The notes: a model not told the origin generated them from the letters alone. A stretch of 64,000 bases of DNA from Candidatus Uhrbacteria bacterium CG_4_9_14_3_um_filter_41_35 (GCA_002791275.1 PFWT01000007.1:26859-90858); one strand, 5' to 3'; shown: positions 29,327 through 40,971, counted from the first letter of the stretch. Numbers and translations are program-made.

Positions 29327-31333
29327 CTATTTCAAGCGCGTAATGACAAGTGAATGAGCCGCTTCACCTTCGCCCAATTCTAACTCATTACCTTGCTCAT
29401 ATTTTTTATTTCTTTCGTCTTCTTCATAAACATCATCCAAAGAATTTATATATGTTCTCTCACCTTTTTGAAATTTGTAGGAGATGATTCCCTGTTCCTT
29501 GAACGCAATCAATGCTCGATTTAACCCTTCATTATCAAATCCATCCCCGTACCCACCAAAATACGCATTTTTATTAATTGGGCCGATGATGTACTTTCCG
29601 CCGATTTTTAGATACGGAAGGGCACATTCAATATTGCGCGAAAAACCTTCTTGACCTAAGAATTCACCTTCATGCATCCAAACACTTGTTAAGGCAAGAA
29701 TCCTGTCTTGAGGTTCTATGCTCGGAAAATCAAAAGGGAAAAACCCGTGGAGAGCGATAGACTTATTAGGTTGCCGAAAAAAGTGCGTGCGCGACCACGC
29801 GATTTCCAGGTCCCCAAGGTACTGATTGAGTGTTTTTGATGTAAGTGAAATGCCTATTCCTTCCAATCGTTCTTTCTCTTTAACAAGTTGAGGAAAAAGC
29901 GTTTCTCCATACGTGGTGAGTTGTTCAAAACGAGACACAAATTCTTCCAGAGTTTTACGTGTCCGAAGCGAAACTGGAAATCCGGGAACGGACACACCAA
30001 AATCTCTATCGTTGGAATTTAGCCGGAAGTTCCAAAGAGTATCTGTTTCAGGATTTTCCTGGTCGTAAAAAACGAGCCAATCGAAATAAATATCTTCCAT
30101 TTCTCTTACACCTTTTGTAACTCTTGCATGTGATGTAGCGTTTGGTAGCTCGGAAAGCCAGTATTTTAATCTACCTATTTTTCTATTTACTTCATTATCG
30201 TGCACACGTAAATATTCCACAGGCAAGGCTTCGGTATATTTTGACCACTGCTCAACAAATTCCCCCCAAGCCTCGTGGTTGCCCAAACTGTCAATTTGCT
30301 GCTGTTTTGTTTCAAAGAAAACAGTTATATTTTTTTCCAAATTCTGATATGCGTTATTTGTTTTAAAGTACGAGATAACCTCTTCTCTTGAGAGTGTTGG
30401 ATTATCCTTCGAAATGATTTCAATTTTTCTCTCGTTATACGTTTCCGCGTTCACACCTAGCATGTTATACAATTCTTTCGCATCATTCATTGTCCACGAT
30501 CCATCTATGAATTTTTTTGCGCGACGACGTAATTCAGATAACTGTCCGTGAGCCTTTGTATCATTAAATGCACCTGTTGCAATTGTGGTCGCAAGCTCAT
30601 CACAAGCATGAATAACATCTTGAACGAAATCCTTATAAACATTTCCGTCTTTTGGCGTAAATTGCGGCCCAAAAATGACACCTTCAAGTGCACGGATATC
30701 TTCAAAATATAGGTTTTCTAACCAATTATTCGTTCCTGTCTCTGATGATCCGGAAATATAGGCGCTCAAAACAGGAGGAAGTAATTCACTCGCGTACTCG
30801 TATTCCACAATCGTCGCGCGCTCTCGATCGATCGCCGTAAACGGATCCCCGATCACCGCAATATCCGCATTGGGAGGGAAAACATCTTCCGGAGGAAGTT
30901 TAAAAAGTTCCGGGTGCATAAAAGCCGGTCGAGACTTTACAATCTTTGTTCCTTCAGAAACTTCCTTCATCCACTGCTCTACAAAAACGTCCGGAAGTGC
31001 AACAGTTTCGATGATCATATTGGAGTACTGATCTCTATAATACCCCATTCGATCTTCACCTAATTCGAATGTAATAAAATCAGTATCCGTATGTCCATTT
31101 CGGCCATTTTGAAAGGTAATTTGAATCGCATAAAGCTCCCCATTCATACCGACAACTTCGGAACCGGGAACAGTGTGTGTATTCACACGACCACCGATCT
31201 CAAAAACCTGAGAAAGTTCCCGCAAGCGTGTTTCAATCGATCGTGCGGTGTGTAGACCTTCTCTCTTTGTGGCAAGTAATTCCTCTCTCAAGGTTTCCAA
31301 TTGTTCTTTTTTGAGCTGTTTTGCCTCTTGCAA
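29327..31333 (-). CDS. Large hypothetical protein, possible methyltransferase-like fold; 5' end uncertain
   Basis: 668-aa ORF; IAVIGDPF, DRILALTS, LKIGGKYIIGP. Confidence 0.6.
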   Translation of the reverse strand: MQEAKQLKKEQLETLREELLATKREGLHTARSIETRLRELSQVFEIGGRVNTHTVPGSEVVGMNGELYAIQITFQNGRNGHTDTDFITFELGEDRMGYYRDQYSNMIIETVALPDVFVEQWMKEVSEGTKIVKSRPAFMHPELFKLPPEDVFPPNADIAVIGDPFTAIDRERATIVEYEYASELLPPVLSAYISGSSETGTNNWLENLYFEDIRALEGVIFGPQFTPKDGNVYKDFVQDVIHACDELATTIATGAFNDTKAHGQLSELRRRAKKFIDGSWTMNDAKELYNMLGVNAETYNERKIEIISKDNPTLSREEVISYFKTNNAYQNLEKNITVFFETKQQQIDSLGNHEAWGEFVEQWSKYTEALPVEYLRVHDNEVNRKIGRLKYWLSELPNATSHARVTKGVREMEDIYFDWLVFYDQENPETDTLWNFRLNSNDRDFGVSVPGFPVSLRTRKTLEEFVSRFEQLTTYGETLFPQLVKEKERLEGIGISLTSKTLNQYLGDLEIAWSRTHFFRQPNKSIALHGFFPFDFPSIEPQDRILALTSVWMHEGEFLGQEGFSRNIECALPYLKIGGKYIIGPINKNAYFGGYGDGFDNEGLNRALIAFKEQGIISYKFQKGERTYINSLDDVYEEDERNKKYEQGNELELGEGEAAHSLVITRLK

Positions 31334-31450
31334 TTCTTTGTCTGTTTCTTCTAAAACGGAATCAAAAATCGTTTAATATCTTGTTTTGGCATCCTTCGTC
31401 CCATTCCTTCTTGTAGCATATATAAATCAACAACGTTTATTAACTTATTC

Positions 31451-31712
31451 TCAAACTTTTAGTGCAACTAAATTACGTGGTTTCAAGAATCTGGCGCAAC
31501 GAGTTCATTAAATTGTTCATCAGGCTGTAGAATCCGATAGCCACTCGTGGGCGGTCGTTTAGTTGTCTCTGTACTCGTTGCATTTCTCTTGTAGATATTG
31601 TATCAAAGTCTGTTCCTTTTAGGAAATACTAACGGATCAATCCGTTCGTGTGTTCGTTTGTGCCATGTTCCCATAGGCTTCCTGGATGAGCGAAGAAAAC
31701 TTGAATACCTAT
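31451..31712 (-). pseudogene. IS30-family transposase remnant (C-terminal fragment)
   Basis: Translation [60 protein letters not shown] with in-frame TAG at 31629-31631 and a later frameshift. Confidence 0.85.
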
Positions 31713-31958
31713 ATCCCACATTCTATACTCAATGCATCACCGAAAACGAAAAAGTATAAAAAGACACGGATTTGCAATATATGTCAAATTTGGGCAAATA
31801 AAACCCTATGTGTGAAAAAGCATTAACTTGTTTAAACAGGGATAAAATCGAATTTCGTGTGAAACGTTAGCAAAGCCATCGTAAGATGACCAGGATATTA
31901 AACAAATCACAACGCTATTAACCTGAAGCACATTGCCTCGCAGAAATTTTATACTAAT

Positions 31959-32354
31959 TTATGAACAAATTGGAAATAATCCGTATTGAATAGTTGTCTT
32001 TATAAATAATCCCCAGAATAAAATCAAAAGTATGATTCCAAGTCCGGTAGATACATTCCATGCGACTTTTGCCTCTTGTCGAATCTGATTTTTCCAAGAT
32101 TCATCAATTAACCTTGTTACTGATTGATTCATTAATTTGATTCTTTGCTCTATCAAATCTTCTCCATATTCCTTCGCTGAATAACGCGAACTTAAAAAAA
32201 GCATGATAATCGGAGCGCTAAGAAATATGCTTTGTCCATAAATTTCTACAAAACACAGACTTACATGTAGCTGAAATATAACTATCGGCAAAAACAAATA
32301 GATCAAATAACCTATTAATACATTTTTTGTTTCGAACTTTCTTTTCTTATTCAT
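31959..32354 (-). CDS. Small membrane protein (3 TM)
   Basis: AT-rich ORF with hydrophobic segments. Confidence 0.55.
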   Translation of the reverse strand: MNKKRKFETKNVLIGYLIYLFLPIVIFQLHVSLCFVEIYGQSIFLSAPIIMLFLSSRYSAKEYGEDLIEQRIKLMNQSVTRLIDESWKNQIRQEAKVAWNVSTGLGIILLILFWGLFIKTTIQYGLFPICS

Positions 32355-32407
32355 ACTCAATCAAGTATATATAAAAAAATAGCCTATTGGCTATTTTTTT
32401 TCGGTAA

Positions 32408-34504
32408 TTAACCGTTTCGTTTTTCAATAATTTCTTTAGCAACATTGCTTGGCACCTCTTTGTATTCTGAGAATGACATTGAGTAGCTAGCTCGTCCCTG
32501 AGTAAGTGATCGAAGTCCTGTTGCGTATCCGAACATTTCTGCAAGTGGAACCTGCGCTTTTACTGTTTTTACAGTACCGCGCTCGCCCATTTCCTGAATC
32601 TGTGCTCGTTTTCCGTTCAAATCTCCAACAACTGTTCCCATGAAATCTTCCGGAGTTACAACCTCAACATCCATTACCGGTTCCAAAATTACTGGGTTGG
32701 CCTTTCTAGCAGCTGCTTTGAAAGCCATTGAACCTGCCATTTTGAAGGCTGATTCGTTTGAGTCAACATCGTGGTATGAACCGTCAAAAACAGTTACCCG
32801 AATATTGATAAGCGGATATCCAGCAAGAATTCCACGGTCCATTGCTTCCTGAGCTCCCTTCGAAATCGGAGTGATATATTCTTTTGGAATTGAACCTCCC
32901 TTTGTTTTGTCTAGGAACTCATAGTTGACAACTTTTCCATCCTCATCCTCTTCAGTAATTGGTTCAATCTTGAGCCAAGCGTGTCCATATTGTCCACGTC
33001 CTCCAGACTGTTTAACGTATTTTCCTTCAGCTTCAGCTTCCATTCTAATTGTTTCTCGGTAGCTAACCTGAGGTCGTCCAACGTTAACGCTTACCCCATA
33101 TTCTCGCATCATTCGATCAACGATAATTTCTAGGTGAAGCTCTCCCATTCCTGAAACAATAGTTTGCATCGTTTCCTCATCTGTTCGAACTCTGAAAGTT
33201 GGGTCTTCTTCTGCAAGCTTTGATAGAGCCATCGACATCTTTTCTTGGTCAGCCTTTGTTTTTGGCTCGAGTGCAAGAGAGATAACCGGCTCTGGGAAGT
33301 TGATTGACTCTAGGATAATTGGGTGTGCAGGATCTGAAAGTGTGTGTCCTGTAATTGTTTCTTTTAGTCCTACTGCAGCTGCGATTTCTCCAGCGTGAAT
33401 CTCTGAAACGTCTTCTCGAGAGTTAGCGTGAAGACGCACGATTCGGGAAATTCTTTCTTTCTTACCTGTTGTTGCGTTCAAAACGTAACTTCCAGCAGAC
33501 AAAGTTCCTGAATAAACTCTAAAGAAAGTAAGCTTTCCAACGAATGGATCAGCTGCAATTTTGAAAGCAAGCGCTGCAAATGGAGCCTTGTCTGTAGCTT
33601 CTCGTGTAATTACAAGGTCTTTATTTGCAGGATCAAATCCTTCAACTGGTGGTACGTCTAGTGGTGATGGCAAGAAGTCGATAACAGCGTCAAGCATCAT
33701 CTGTACTCCTTTGTTTTTTAGAGCAGATCCACAAAGAATTGGGAAAATATCCAAATTAATTGTTGCTTTTCGAAGAATTTTCTTCAGTACATCAATTTCA
33801 ATTTCTTCTCCAGACAAAAATTTCTCCATTAACGCTTCATCATTTTCAACAATAGCCTCAACAAGACTTGTTCGGTACTCTTCAGCCTTTTTCTTGTACT
33901 CATCTGGAATTTCGATTTCATCAATAACTTTTCCTTCTTCATCTCGGTACATGAAAGCTTTCATTTTTAGAAGGTCGATAATACCTTCAAACCCACCTTC
34001 AGTTCCAATTGGAAGCTGAATTGGGTAAGCCTTCTTTGTTAAACGATCTGAAATAGACTGAACGTCTTTGTAAAAATCAGCGCCAGTTCGATCCAACTTG
34101 TTAATGTAACAAATTCTTGGAACATTGTATTTATCAGCCTGGTGCCAAACAGTCTCAGACTGAGGTTCTACACCAGCAACACCGTCAAAAACTGTAACTC
34201 CACCGTCTAAAACTCGTAGGGAACGTTCAACTTCTACAGTGAAGTCAACGTGTCCCGGAGTATCGATAATGTTAATTCGATGATCTTTCCAAAAACAAGT
34301 AGTCGCAGCCGAAGTGATAGTAATACCACGTTCCTGCTCCTGCTCCATCCAGTCCATTTCAGCGTTTCCTTCATGAACTTCACCGATTTTGTGTTTTTTT
34401 CCTGTGTAGAAAAGCACGCGCTCAGTAGTTGTTGTTTTACCAGCGTCAATGTGGGCAATAATTCCAATGTTACGAACGCGGTCTAGTGGATATTCACGGG
34501 ACAT
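32408..34504 (-). CDS. fusA: Elongation factor G
   Basis: [18 protein letters not shown]. Confidence 0.98.
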   Translation of the reverse strand: MSREYPLDRVRNIGIIAHIDAGKTTTTERVLFYTGKKHKIGEVHEGNAEMDWMEQEQERGITITSAATTCFWKDHRINIIDTPGHVDFTVEVERSLRVLDGGVTVFDGVAGVEPQSETVWHQADKYNVPRICYINKLDRTGADFYKDVQSISDRLTKKAYPIQLPIGTEGGFEGIIDLLKMKAFMYRDEEGKVIDEIEIPDEYKKKAEEYRTSLVEAIVENDEALMEKFLSGEEIEIDVLKKILRKATINLDIFPILCGSALKNKGVQMMLDAVIDFLPSPLDVPPVEGFDPANKDLVITREATDKAPFAALAFKIAADPFVGKLTFFRVYSGTLSAGSYVLNATTGKKERISRIVRLHANSREDVSEIHAGEIAAAVGLKETITGHTLSDPAHPIILESINFPEPVISLALEPKTKADQEKMSMALSKLAEEDPTFRVRTDEETMQTIVSGMGELHLEIIVDRMMREYGVSVNVGRPQVSYRETIRMEAEAEGKYVKQSGGRGQYGHAWLKIEPITEEDEDGKVVNYEFLDKTKGGSIPKEYITPISKGAQEAMDRGILAGYPLINIRVTVFDGSYHDVDSNESAFKMAGSMAFKAAARKANPVILEPVMDVEVVTPEDFMGTVVGDLNGKRAQIQEMGERGTVKTVKAQVPLAEMFGYATGLRSLTQGRASYSMSFSEYKEVPSNVAKEIIEKRNG

Positions 34505-34609
34505 ATGTGATTTTTGTAATAGGTTAAGAAAAATGAAAAAAAGTTATGGTTTTAGGTTAGTTCTGAGTGAAGCACTCTTTTAACCTTCAGCCCATAACTT
34601 TTTCCTAAT

Positions 34610-35080
34610 TTAGCGTCTTGCAAAATGAGCGAAAGCTCGGTTAGCCTCAGCCATTCGTTGAACGTCTTGTTTCTTTTTAATTGTTGCTCCTTCGTTGTTT
34701 GCAGCTGAGATAATTTCCTCTGCAAGTTTACCAGCCATTGGTTTACCTTTTTTAGCCCGTGCTGCAACCAGTAACCATCTGTAAGCAAGTGCATGACGTC
34801 TGTCTCCTCGAACTGGCACTGGAATCTGGTAGTTAGCTCCTCCAACGCGTTTTGATTTAACCTCAATTGCTGGAGTAATGTTCTTTAGTGCAGTTTCGAA
34901 AACTTGCATTGCTGGTTTTTCTGTTTCTTTTTCGATTAAAGCAAGTGCATCGTAAACAACACGTTCTGCGATTGTTTTCTTACCATCCATCATTACGTAG
35001 TTGATAAGCTTTGTAATTAAAACATTCCCGTATTTTGCATCGGGAGGCAATATTCTTTTTTTGGCTTGTTTTCCACGCAT
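34610..35080 (-). CDS. rpsG: 30S ribosomal protein uS7
   Basis: RVGGANYQIP; MAEANRAFAHF. Confidence 0.97.
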   Translation of the reverse strand: MRGKQAKKRILPPDAKYGNVLITKLINYVMMDGKKTIAERVVYDALALIEKETEKPAMQVFETALKNITPAIEVKSKRVGGANYQIPVPVRGDRRHALAYRWLLVAARAKKGKPMAGKLAEEIISAANNEGATIKKKQDVQRMAEANRAFAHFARR

Positions 35081-35196
35081 ATTTCTTATAGTTAAGTCTC
35101 CGCTAACTTCCTACCGTGGAAGGTAGTACTCGGAGTTTAATAATTCTTGAAATAGGAAAAGGTTTTGGCTTTACCGCTACCTTTAGCCCATTTCGG

Positions 35197-35616
35197 TTAT
35201 TTCTTTGGTTTCTTGACTCCGTATTTTGAACGAGATTGATTTCGTCCATCCACACCAGCAGAGTCATAACGACCACGAACGATGTGGTAACGAACTCCAG
35301 GAAGATCTTTAACACGACCGCCTCTAATCATAACGATTGAGTGCTCCTGCAAGTTGTGACCCTCGCCTGGGATATATCCGTTAACTTCAGTGCCGTTTGA
35401 AAGTCGCACACGTGCTACTTTTCGAAGCGCTGAGTTCGGTTTCTTAGGTGTCATGGTAAAAACCCTAACACATACTCCCCGTTTGAACGGTGAGCCTTTT
35501 CTTAGTGAAGTCTGCTTCCGGTGAAGCGTATCAAGGGTGTACTGCATCGCAGGAGACTTTGATTTTGTACTCTTGCTCTGACGTCCCTTTCTAATCAATT
35601 GATTTATGGTAGGCAT
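35197..35616 (-). CDS. rpsL: 30S ribosomal protein uS12
   Basis: MPTINQL; [10 protein letters not shown]; [10 protein letters not shown]. Confidence 0.98.
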   Translation of the reverse strand: MPTINQLIRKGRQSKSTKSKSPAMQYTLDTLHRKQTSLRKGSPFKRGVCVRVFTMTPKKPNSALRKVARVRLSNGTEVNGYIPGEGHNLQEHSIVMIRGGRVKDLPGVRYHIVRGRYDSAGVDGRNQSRSKYGVKKPKK

Positions 35617-35692
35617 AAGTGGCAGTAATGTATCACGAAGTAAAAAAATCGTCAACAGATCATGAGTGAACTTAGCATAATTCATTTTTTCT

Positions 35693-37942
35693 CTACTCCA
35701 AGCCAAGTTCTGTTCTTAAATTATTAGCCTCCTCCACATCTACTTCTATTAGCATTTCAAGGGCTTTATTTACAGCAAAAGACTCCCTTGCCTCATTAAA
35801 AATTGCTGTGCCCGCTCTTAAAACCTGGGTATTCGTTTGAAACGACGACATTGTTTTTACAGTATAGTCTAAAATTTCAGTATCGTGATCTCCTTTTTTG
35901 TATCTCTCAGCTAAAATTGGTAGTAAACGAGCGTCCCCGTTTACGAGCAAGCCCATTTCTTCAATTTTATGAAGCTTTTTAAAAGCTATCTCAAACTCAG
36001 ACATTGATGCGTAAGCTAAAACATACTGAAATTCGAGCGCAACTCTTTGTTCGTAAAATGTTCTGGAAAAAGCAGGTAGTCTATCCATTGCTGTTTGATA
36101 ATAAGTTAGTGCTTGTTCTGGGTTCGAGCGCGCTAACTCAATATCACCAAGCGTAACGTACGATTCTGGTCGATTCGGAGCTAGAAGTTTTGCATAATTA
36201 GAAAATTGTTCAGATTTTAATAGATAACCATGATCGTAATAACTAAGTAGTTCAAAAGCTGATCCAGCGCTATAGTTGATTCTATAATTATTTGGGTGCT
36301 CGGTGGCAGATTCTTCCAGTTCAGTTGTAACTATTTTTAATATTTGTTCAGACTCAGGCGAGTGTCGTTGCTCCTTCTTCTCTGAAGCTCGAAGTTCAAT
36401 AAAAATGTTACTCATTACATCAGCAGTTACAAACGATCTGTGTTTTACAGCTTGTTCAACAAAATTTAAGGCTCCGCCGGATTGTTTTCGGATCAGAATT
36501 ATCGCCTCACTTCCAGCAATTACAGTCTGATACGGATAAATACAGAGATACAGTTGAATAGGGATAAGTAAAATACCCGCAGAGATAAAGTGGACCAAGC
36601 GTAATTTAAGTTGAGGAAATTCAAAGTTCACAGCTGAGGTTATGTTTTTTAACTCTACGTCTTTAGTTAAAAATGCCGAGTATGCAAATAATACATACAG
36701 TGTGATACTTGAAGAAAATAGATCGAACAAGAAAAATAATTGAACAAGTGAAGCTATGAACAAAATAATTAAAAGCCGAGTTGCTAATCTATCGTGTTTT
36801 GTAGTTTGTTTTTCTGAATGATAAAATAGCGTGCTAATAATTGAAGACCACATCAGTACCCAGAACACAAAACCCACCAGCCCCAAATCGACTAATATTT
36901 CTAGCATTCCATTATGAACACGATCAAACCAAGGTTCGTTTAGATAAACACCACCGATATTTGTGGTAAAATGCTTATCGAAAACTGGAGAAAATGTGTT
37001 ATGTCCAAAACCAAAAATTGGTTTCTCCAGAAACGCCTCTCCCGCTACTTTCCAAGAAAAAAACCTATCTTGATTTTTATCACTATAATAAATCCGCTTA
37101 ATTATATAAGAAGCGTTTGGTTCAAGCTGGGATCTAATATTTGGCACTCGCATCACAATAAATGACGAGATGCTTAAAACAACAATTAAAATTAAAGCAC
37201 CGACCAAAATTTGTTTCCGAGGCTTTTTTTCTTCGAACACTAAAAATATAGTTTCTAGAATTCCTGCTGTTAGCGAGGCTAAAAAACTTGCTCGACTAAC
37301 TGTTAGGAATAGTGCAAATAGCGTTATCAGGGAACTGATACTTAAAATCAATCGATTCTGCCAGATTTTTTCTTTAATTAAAAAATATATTGAAAGAAAA
37401 AAATGTGGCAGTAAATACTGAGCAAAAAATAACGGATTATCAAAAACCGAACCGAAGCGATGATCATTATTTAATATCATTTGCGCACCTGACCAGTCAG
37501 AAATTGATTTTAACGAAAACATTACGGAAATTAAAAGCGATGTTTTCAACAAAATCAACCAATCCTTCTTTTTAAAAACCGAAACTAGACTTGAAAATAA
37601 CAACCAAAAAAATATATAACTAAGCACCCCCATCATTCTTTCCTTCGTCCCCCAAAATGATGTTAGAGGATCTATACTTATAAATAAATTTACTACAAGG
37701 ATGAGGGTAAAACCTGTAAGAGTTAGTGCTACCGGATGACCAATTTTTAGTCGGTATTCATTATTTGCAAGCGCTAGAAGCACCCAAGCTAAACTCATAA
37801 CGCTAACTACGCCGTAAAAATAGCTCGCCCTAACAACCGTTAAATCACTAACAAGTTTTACTGAAACCAACATCGGCGTGAGCAAAACTAAGAATGCACA
37901 CGCCAAAATGATATTTTTAAGCCACTTTTCTTTAAAGTCCAC
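35693..37942 (-). CDS. O-antigen ligase (Wzy_C) family protein with C-terminal TPR-like region
   Basis: ~12 TM; GSVFDNP, TVSRA, PIFGFG, DRVHN; GTG start. Confidence 0.82.
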   Translation of the reverse strand: MDFKEKWLKNIILACAFLVLLTPMLVSVKLVSDLTVVRASYFYGVVSVMSLAWVLLALANNEYRLKIGHPVALTLTGFTLILVVNLFISIDPLTSFWGTKERMMGVLSYIFFWLLFSSLVSVFKKKDWLILLKTSLLISVMFSLKSISDWSGAQMILNNDHRFGSVFDNPLFFAQYLLPHFFLSIYFLIKEKIWQNRLILSISSLITLFALFLTVSRASFLASLTAGILETIFLVFEEKKPRKQILVGALILIVVLSISSFIVMRVPNIRSQLEPNASYIIKRIYYSDKNQDRFFSWKVAGEAFLEKPIFGFGHNTFSPVFDKHFTTNIGGVYLNEPWFDRVHNGMLEILVDLGLVGFVFWVLMWSSIISTLFYHSEKQTTKHDRLATRLLIILFIASLVQLFFLFDLFSSSITLYVLFAYSAFLTKDVELKNITSAVNFEFPQLKLRLVHFISAGILLIPIQLYLCIYPYQTVIAGSEAIILIRKQSGGALNFVEQAVKHRSFVTADVMSNIFIELRASEKKEQRHSPESEQILKIVTTELEESATEHPNNYRINYSAGSAFELLSYYDHGYLLKSEQFSNYAKLLAPNRPESYVTLGDIELARSNPEQALTYYQTAMDRLPAFSRTFYEQRVALEFQYVLAYASMSEFEIAFKKLHKIEEMGLLVNGDARLLPILAERYKKGDHDTEILDYTVKTMSSFQTNTQVLRAGTAIFNEARESFAVNKALEMLIEVDVEEANNLRTELGLE

Positions 37943-37944
37943 AA

Positions 37945-40209
37945 TTAATTTTGATCGATATAAGAATCCCCTGCACTCAAGCCAAACTCAGTACTCATAA
38001 AATCTGCATACTGAGGATCTGTGGTTTTAACAATGTTTACAATTGACTGAACCGCTGTGTCGTCACCAGCTGCGTGATAGAGTACCGCTCTTGCGTGTAG
38101 TACTTTTGAGTGATCACGATAAACAGTCCAAATTCTGTCGACAATACTTATTGCAAGAGGCAAATCCATTTTTTTGTCATAATTATTGGCAATATCGGAA
38201 GCAATTCTTGGGTCACCGTAAATTGGATAACCACTCTTAGCAGCATCCATTAACACCGAGAAAGCAAGTTCATGATCGTGTTTTTCAAAAAAAGCAGACG
38301 CTGCCCGTACCCGAATCTCCCCTGAAAGAGCTGGCATTTTTCCCGCACGTTTTCCCGCATCAAGCAGATAACTCAGAGCTTCGTCTGGTTGATATTTAAC
38401 TAGGGCGATTTCAGCCAACTCCTGATACGCTTCTGTTCGATATGGACCAAACTGGATTGCAGTTTTCGCCAGTTCCTTCGCGTGATCAAGTCTGCTCGCG
38501 TCTGAAAAACTGAGCCAGCGGTTTACTTCAGCAGCAAAAATATATGAGCGGTAATCGTTCGGGTTGTTTTGTATTTGAATTTCAAATTGATCCGCAAGTA
38601 TGGTTAAATACCTCTCCATTGCTGGGGATTCATCGCCAATTTTTGCCCGGTTTGAAATTGCGTCGTGGGCAAAGAAAGTTAGTTCGTCATTTATATGCGT
38701 TTTATACTTAAGCGATTTTTCGTACAGTGAAACTGCCGTATCTAAATCACCTGATGACACAGCCAAAACACCTTTTGCGTTTAGTGAGCTCTGATAAAAA
38801 GGTAAGAATGTATACATGTACATTACATACGCCATTGGTAGAATGACTAGTAGTGACAACAGACCAGCATATTTATGGCTTAAAATTTTCATCTCACGAC
38901 CTGAAGCTTTAAAAGCTATTTTATCGTTATACAAAAATGCCAAAAAGCCAAAGAGCGACATTAGTCCAGGTAGAGTATTTGGCGTGTGAAATAAGAACAT
39001 TAAGTTCGTTATTTGACTCATAAAAAACGCAAACAAAACAATAAATATAATTTTTTTTGATTGATCCGTTTCAGTTAAACTCATTTTCAAAGATAACCAC
39101 AGTGTTGTTCCCCACAGATAAACGTAGCCAGAAAATCCGACAACACCCGTTAGAACCAGCATTTCGATAAATTGGTTGTGGACTTTGTCGTACCAAGTGT
39201 CCATTAAACTACCGTGAAAATTTGCTCGATCAATGTACAGGTTCCCTGGGATAACGAAGTTTTCAAGTCCCCAACCAAAAATTGGACGATCCATAAAACC
39301 CTGGAGCCCAATGTCCCAAACCTCAAATCTATCATTACCTAAATCAGAATAGACCATTCGTGAAATCACAAACGGCAGCTGATCCTTTACCGCGTCTTTA
39401 ACTGGTGCCGATCTAAGTAAAGCGAATGAGCCAATTATTACTGAAAAAATGGCAAGGGTTGCAAAGATAACACCAAAACGCGCTTTTCCTGTTAGGAAAG
39501 TTGCGGCGAGTAAGAGAAATCCAACAAATAGTGCCACTGCAAGTCCGAGTAATGGTCCGCGACTGGCTGAAAGAAGTAGCGCTATAATATTTACAGCAAT
39601 TGAAAATCCGTAAAATGCCTGCATTTTTCTCTCATCTTCCTTAAGCAAAAGAATTAAAGCAACGAATACCCCTACCAAAGCAAATACCCCAAGAAAAATT
39701 GGGTTACCCATTACTGAACTAATTCTTTTTTCAGCCAAACCATTCATCTGCATAAAACCAAAGAAGGACGCAACCAGAGCGGCGATATTGCTGGTAAAAA
39801 AGAAGGTCTTCCACTCTTTCCAGGTTTTGAAAACTGAAACCAGGATAAGAAAAAAGCTGAAATAGTGTAGATACTGAAATACCCCTGTCATTCTTGAACT
39901 TGAAGAAAAAAAGGAATTTGAAATATTTATACTAAATGGGAGCGTTATTAAAAGTGTGCAGAGAAATAAAATGACCGCATGAACCATTGGATTTCGTAAA
40001 TTCGGTCGATAGTCAGGAAAACGAGCTACTAAAATAATAAACGCCGCGACCATGATCTCAACAAATATCTGGATTAGCGAGGATTTTGAATAAAGGAATG
40101 GAAAATATGAATGTTGAGTAACAACAAGCGGTGACAAAATAGTTAACAACGCCGAGCCGGTTATTATTGCTAGTAATGTTTCTTTAAGCGAGAAGTCCAA
40201 CATTTTCAT
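37945..40209 (-). CDS. O-antigen ligase (Wzy_C) family protein with C-terminal TPR-like region
   Basis: ~12 TM; SVMGNP, SASRG, PIFGWGLENF, DKVHN. Confidence 0.82.
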   Translation of the reverse strand: MKMLDFSLKETLLAIITGSALLTILSPLVVTQHSYFPFLYSKSSLIQIFVEIMVAAFIILVARFPDYRPNLRNPMVHAVILFLCTLLITLPFSINISNSFFSSSSRMTGVFQYLHYFSFFLILVSVFKTWKEWKTFFFTSNIAALVASFFGFMQMNGLAEKRISSVMGNPIFLGVFALVGVFVALILLLKEDERKMQAFYGFSIAVNIIALLLSASRGPLLGLAVALFVGFLLLAATFLTGKARFGVIFATLAIFSVIIGSFALLRSAPVKDAVKDQLPFVISRMVYSDLGNDRFEVWDIGLQGFMDRPIFGWGLENFVIPGNLYIDRANFHGSLMDTWYDKVHNQFIEMLVLTGVVGFSGYVYLWGTTLWLSLKMSLTETDQSKKIIFIVLFAFFMSQITNLMFLFHTPNTLPGLMSLFGFLAFLYNDKIAFKASGREMKILSHKYAGLLSLLVILPMAYVMYMYTFLPFYQSSLNAKGVLAVSSGDLDTAVSLYEKSLKYKTHINDELTFFAHDAISNRAKIGDESPAMERYLTILADQFEIQIQNNPNDYRSYIFAAEVNRWLSFSDASRLDHAKELAKTAIQFGPYRTEAYQELAEIALVKYQPDEALSYLLDAGKRAGKMPALSGEIRVRAASAFFEKHDHELAFSVLMDAAKSGYPIYGDPRIASDIANNYDKKMDLPLAISIVDRIWTVYRDHSKVLHARAVLYHAAGDDTAVQSIVNIVKTTDPQYADFMSTEFGLSAGDSYIDQN

Positions 40210-40217
40210 ATTTCAAA

Positions 40218-40871
40218 TTAAAAACAATACGCACCAACTAGTGAATTACAGATAAATAATGATGGCCCTGTTATAAAACCAAATACATTAAAATTGGAAA
40301 CAATGGAAACCAGAACCAGCATCATTAATATTTGTGAGCCGTATTGCATAATGATATTGCGGGCAGGTGCTAACGATGATCGATCCGGAATTGCCTCTAT
40401 AAGTTTTGAACCGTCAAGTGGCGGGATTGGGATTAGGTTGAAGAATAGTAGCGAAAGATTGACCATCGTTAACAGCTTCAAGAAGATAATCAGTAAATTA
40501 AAATCCGGTAAGCTGGCTACATCAATAAAAAATCTTGCGCCTAGTCCAGTAATTATTGCTAGTAGAAGATTTGAAATTGGCCCAGCGAGCGCTATGTGCA
40601 CTGCGTCAACTTTTGGATTTTTTAAGTTGTAAGGATTAAACATCACCGGTTTTGCCCAACCAAAACCTAGAAAAAGTAACATCAAAAAACCAAACGGATC
40701 GATGTGCGCTAACGGATTTAGTGTTAGTCGGCCCATATTTTCGGCAGTGTGGTCGCCTTTTTTGTAACTAATATATGCGTGAGCAAATTCATGAACTGTA
40801 AGCGCGATTAAAATAACAAGAAGCCAAATAATGGCGAGTTCAGGTGCGTGTAAAAATAAATCAAATATCAT
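40218..40871 (-). CDS. Site-2 protease (peptidase M50)
   Basis: HEFAH and NLIPIPPLDG motifs. Confidence 0.92.
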   Translation of the reverse strand: MIFDLFLHAPELAIIWLLVILIALTVHEFAHAYISYKKGDHTAENMGRLTLNPLAHIDPFGFLMLLFLGFGWAKPVMFNPYNLKNPKVDAVHIALAGPISNLLLAIITGLGARFFIDVASLPDFNLLIIFLKLLTMVNLSLLFFNLIPIPPLDGSKLIEAIPDRSSLAPARNIIMQYGSQILMMLVLVSIVSNFNVFGFITGPSLFICNSLVGAYCF

Positions 40872-40910
40872 AGGTATTACTTATGGATGTGGGCATTTTA
40901 ACTTATAAAT

Positions 40911-40941
40911 AAAAATACCGCCAATTACTTGATGGTATTTT
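40911..40941 (-). terminator. Terminator after subunit operon
   Basis: aaaatacc...ggtatttt with U-tract on - strand. Confidence 0.6.
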
Positions 40942-40971
40942 AAGCTAAAACTAATATTGGAACATTAATTA

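Noticed and set aside
31851-31866. parS-like site aatttcgtgtgaaacg
   Set aside because: Five mismatches to the TGTTTCACGTGAAACA consensus
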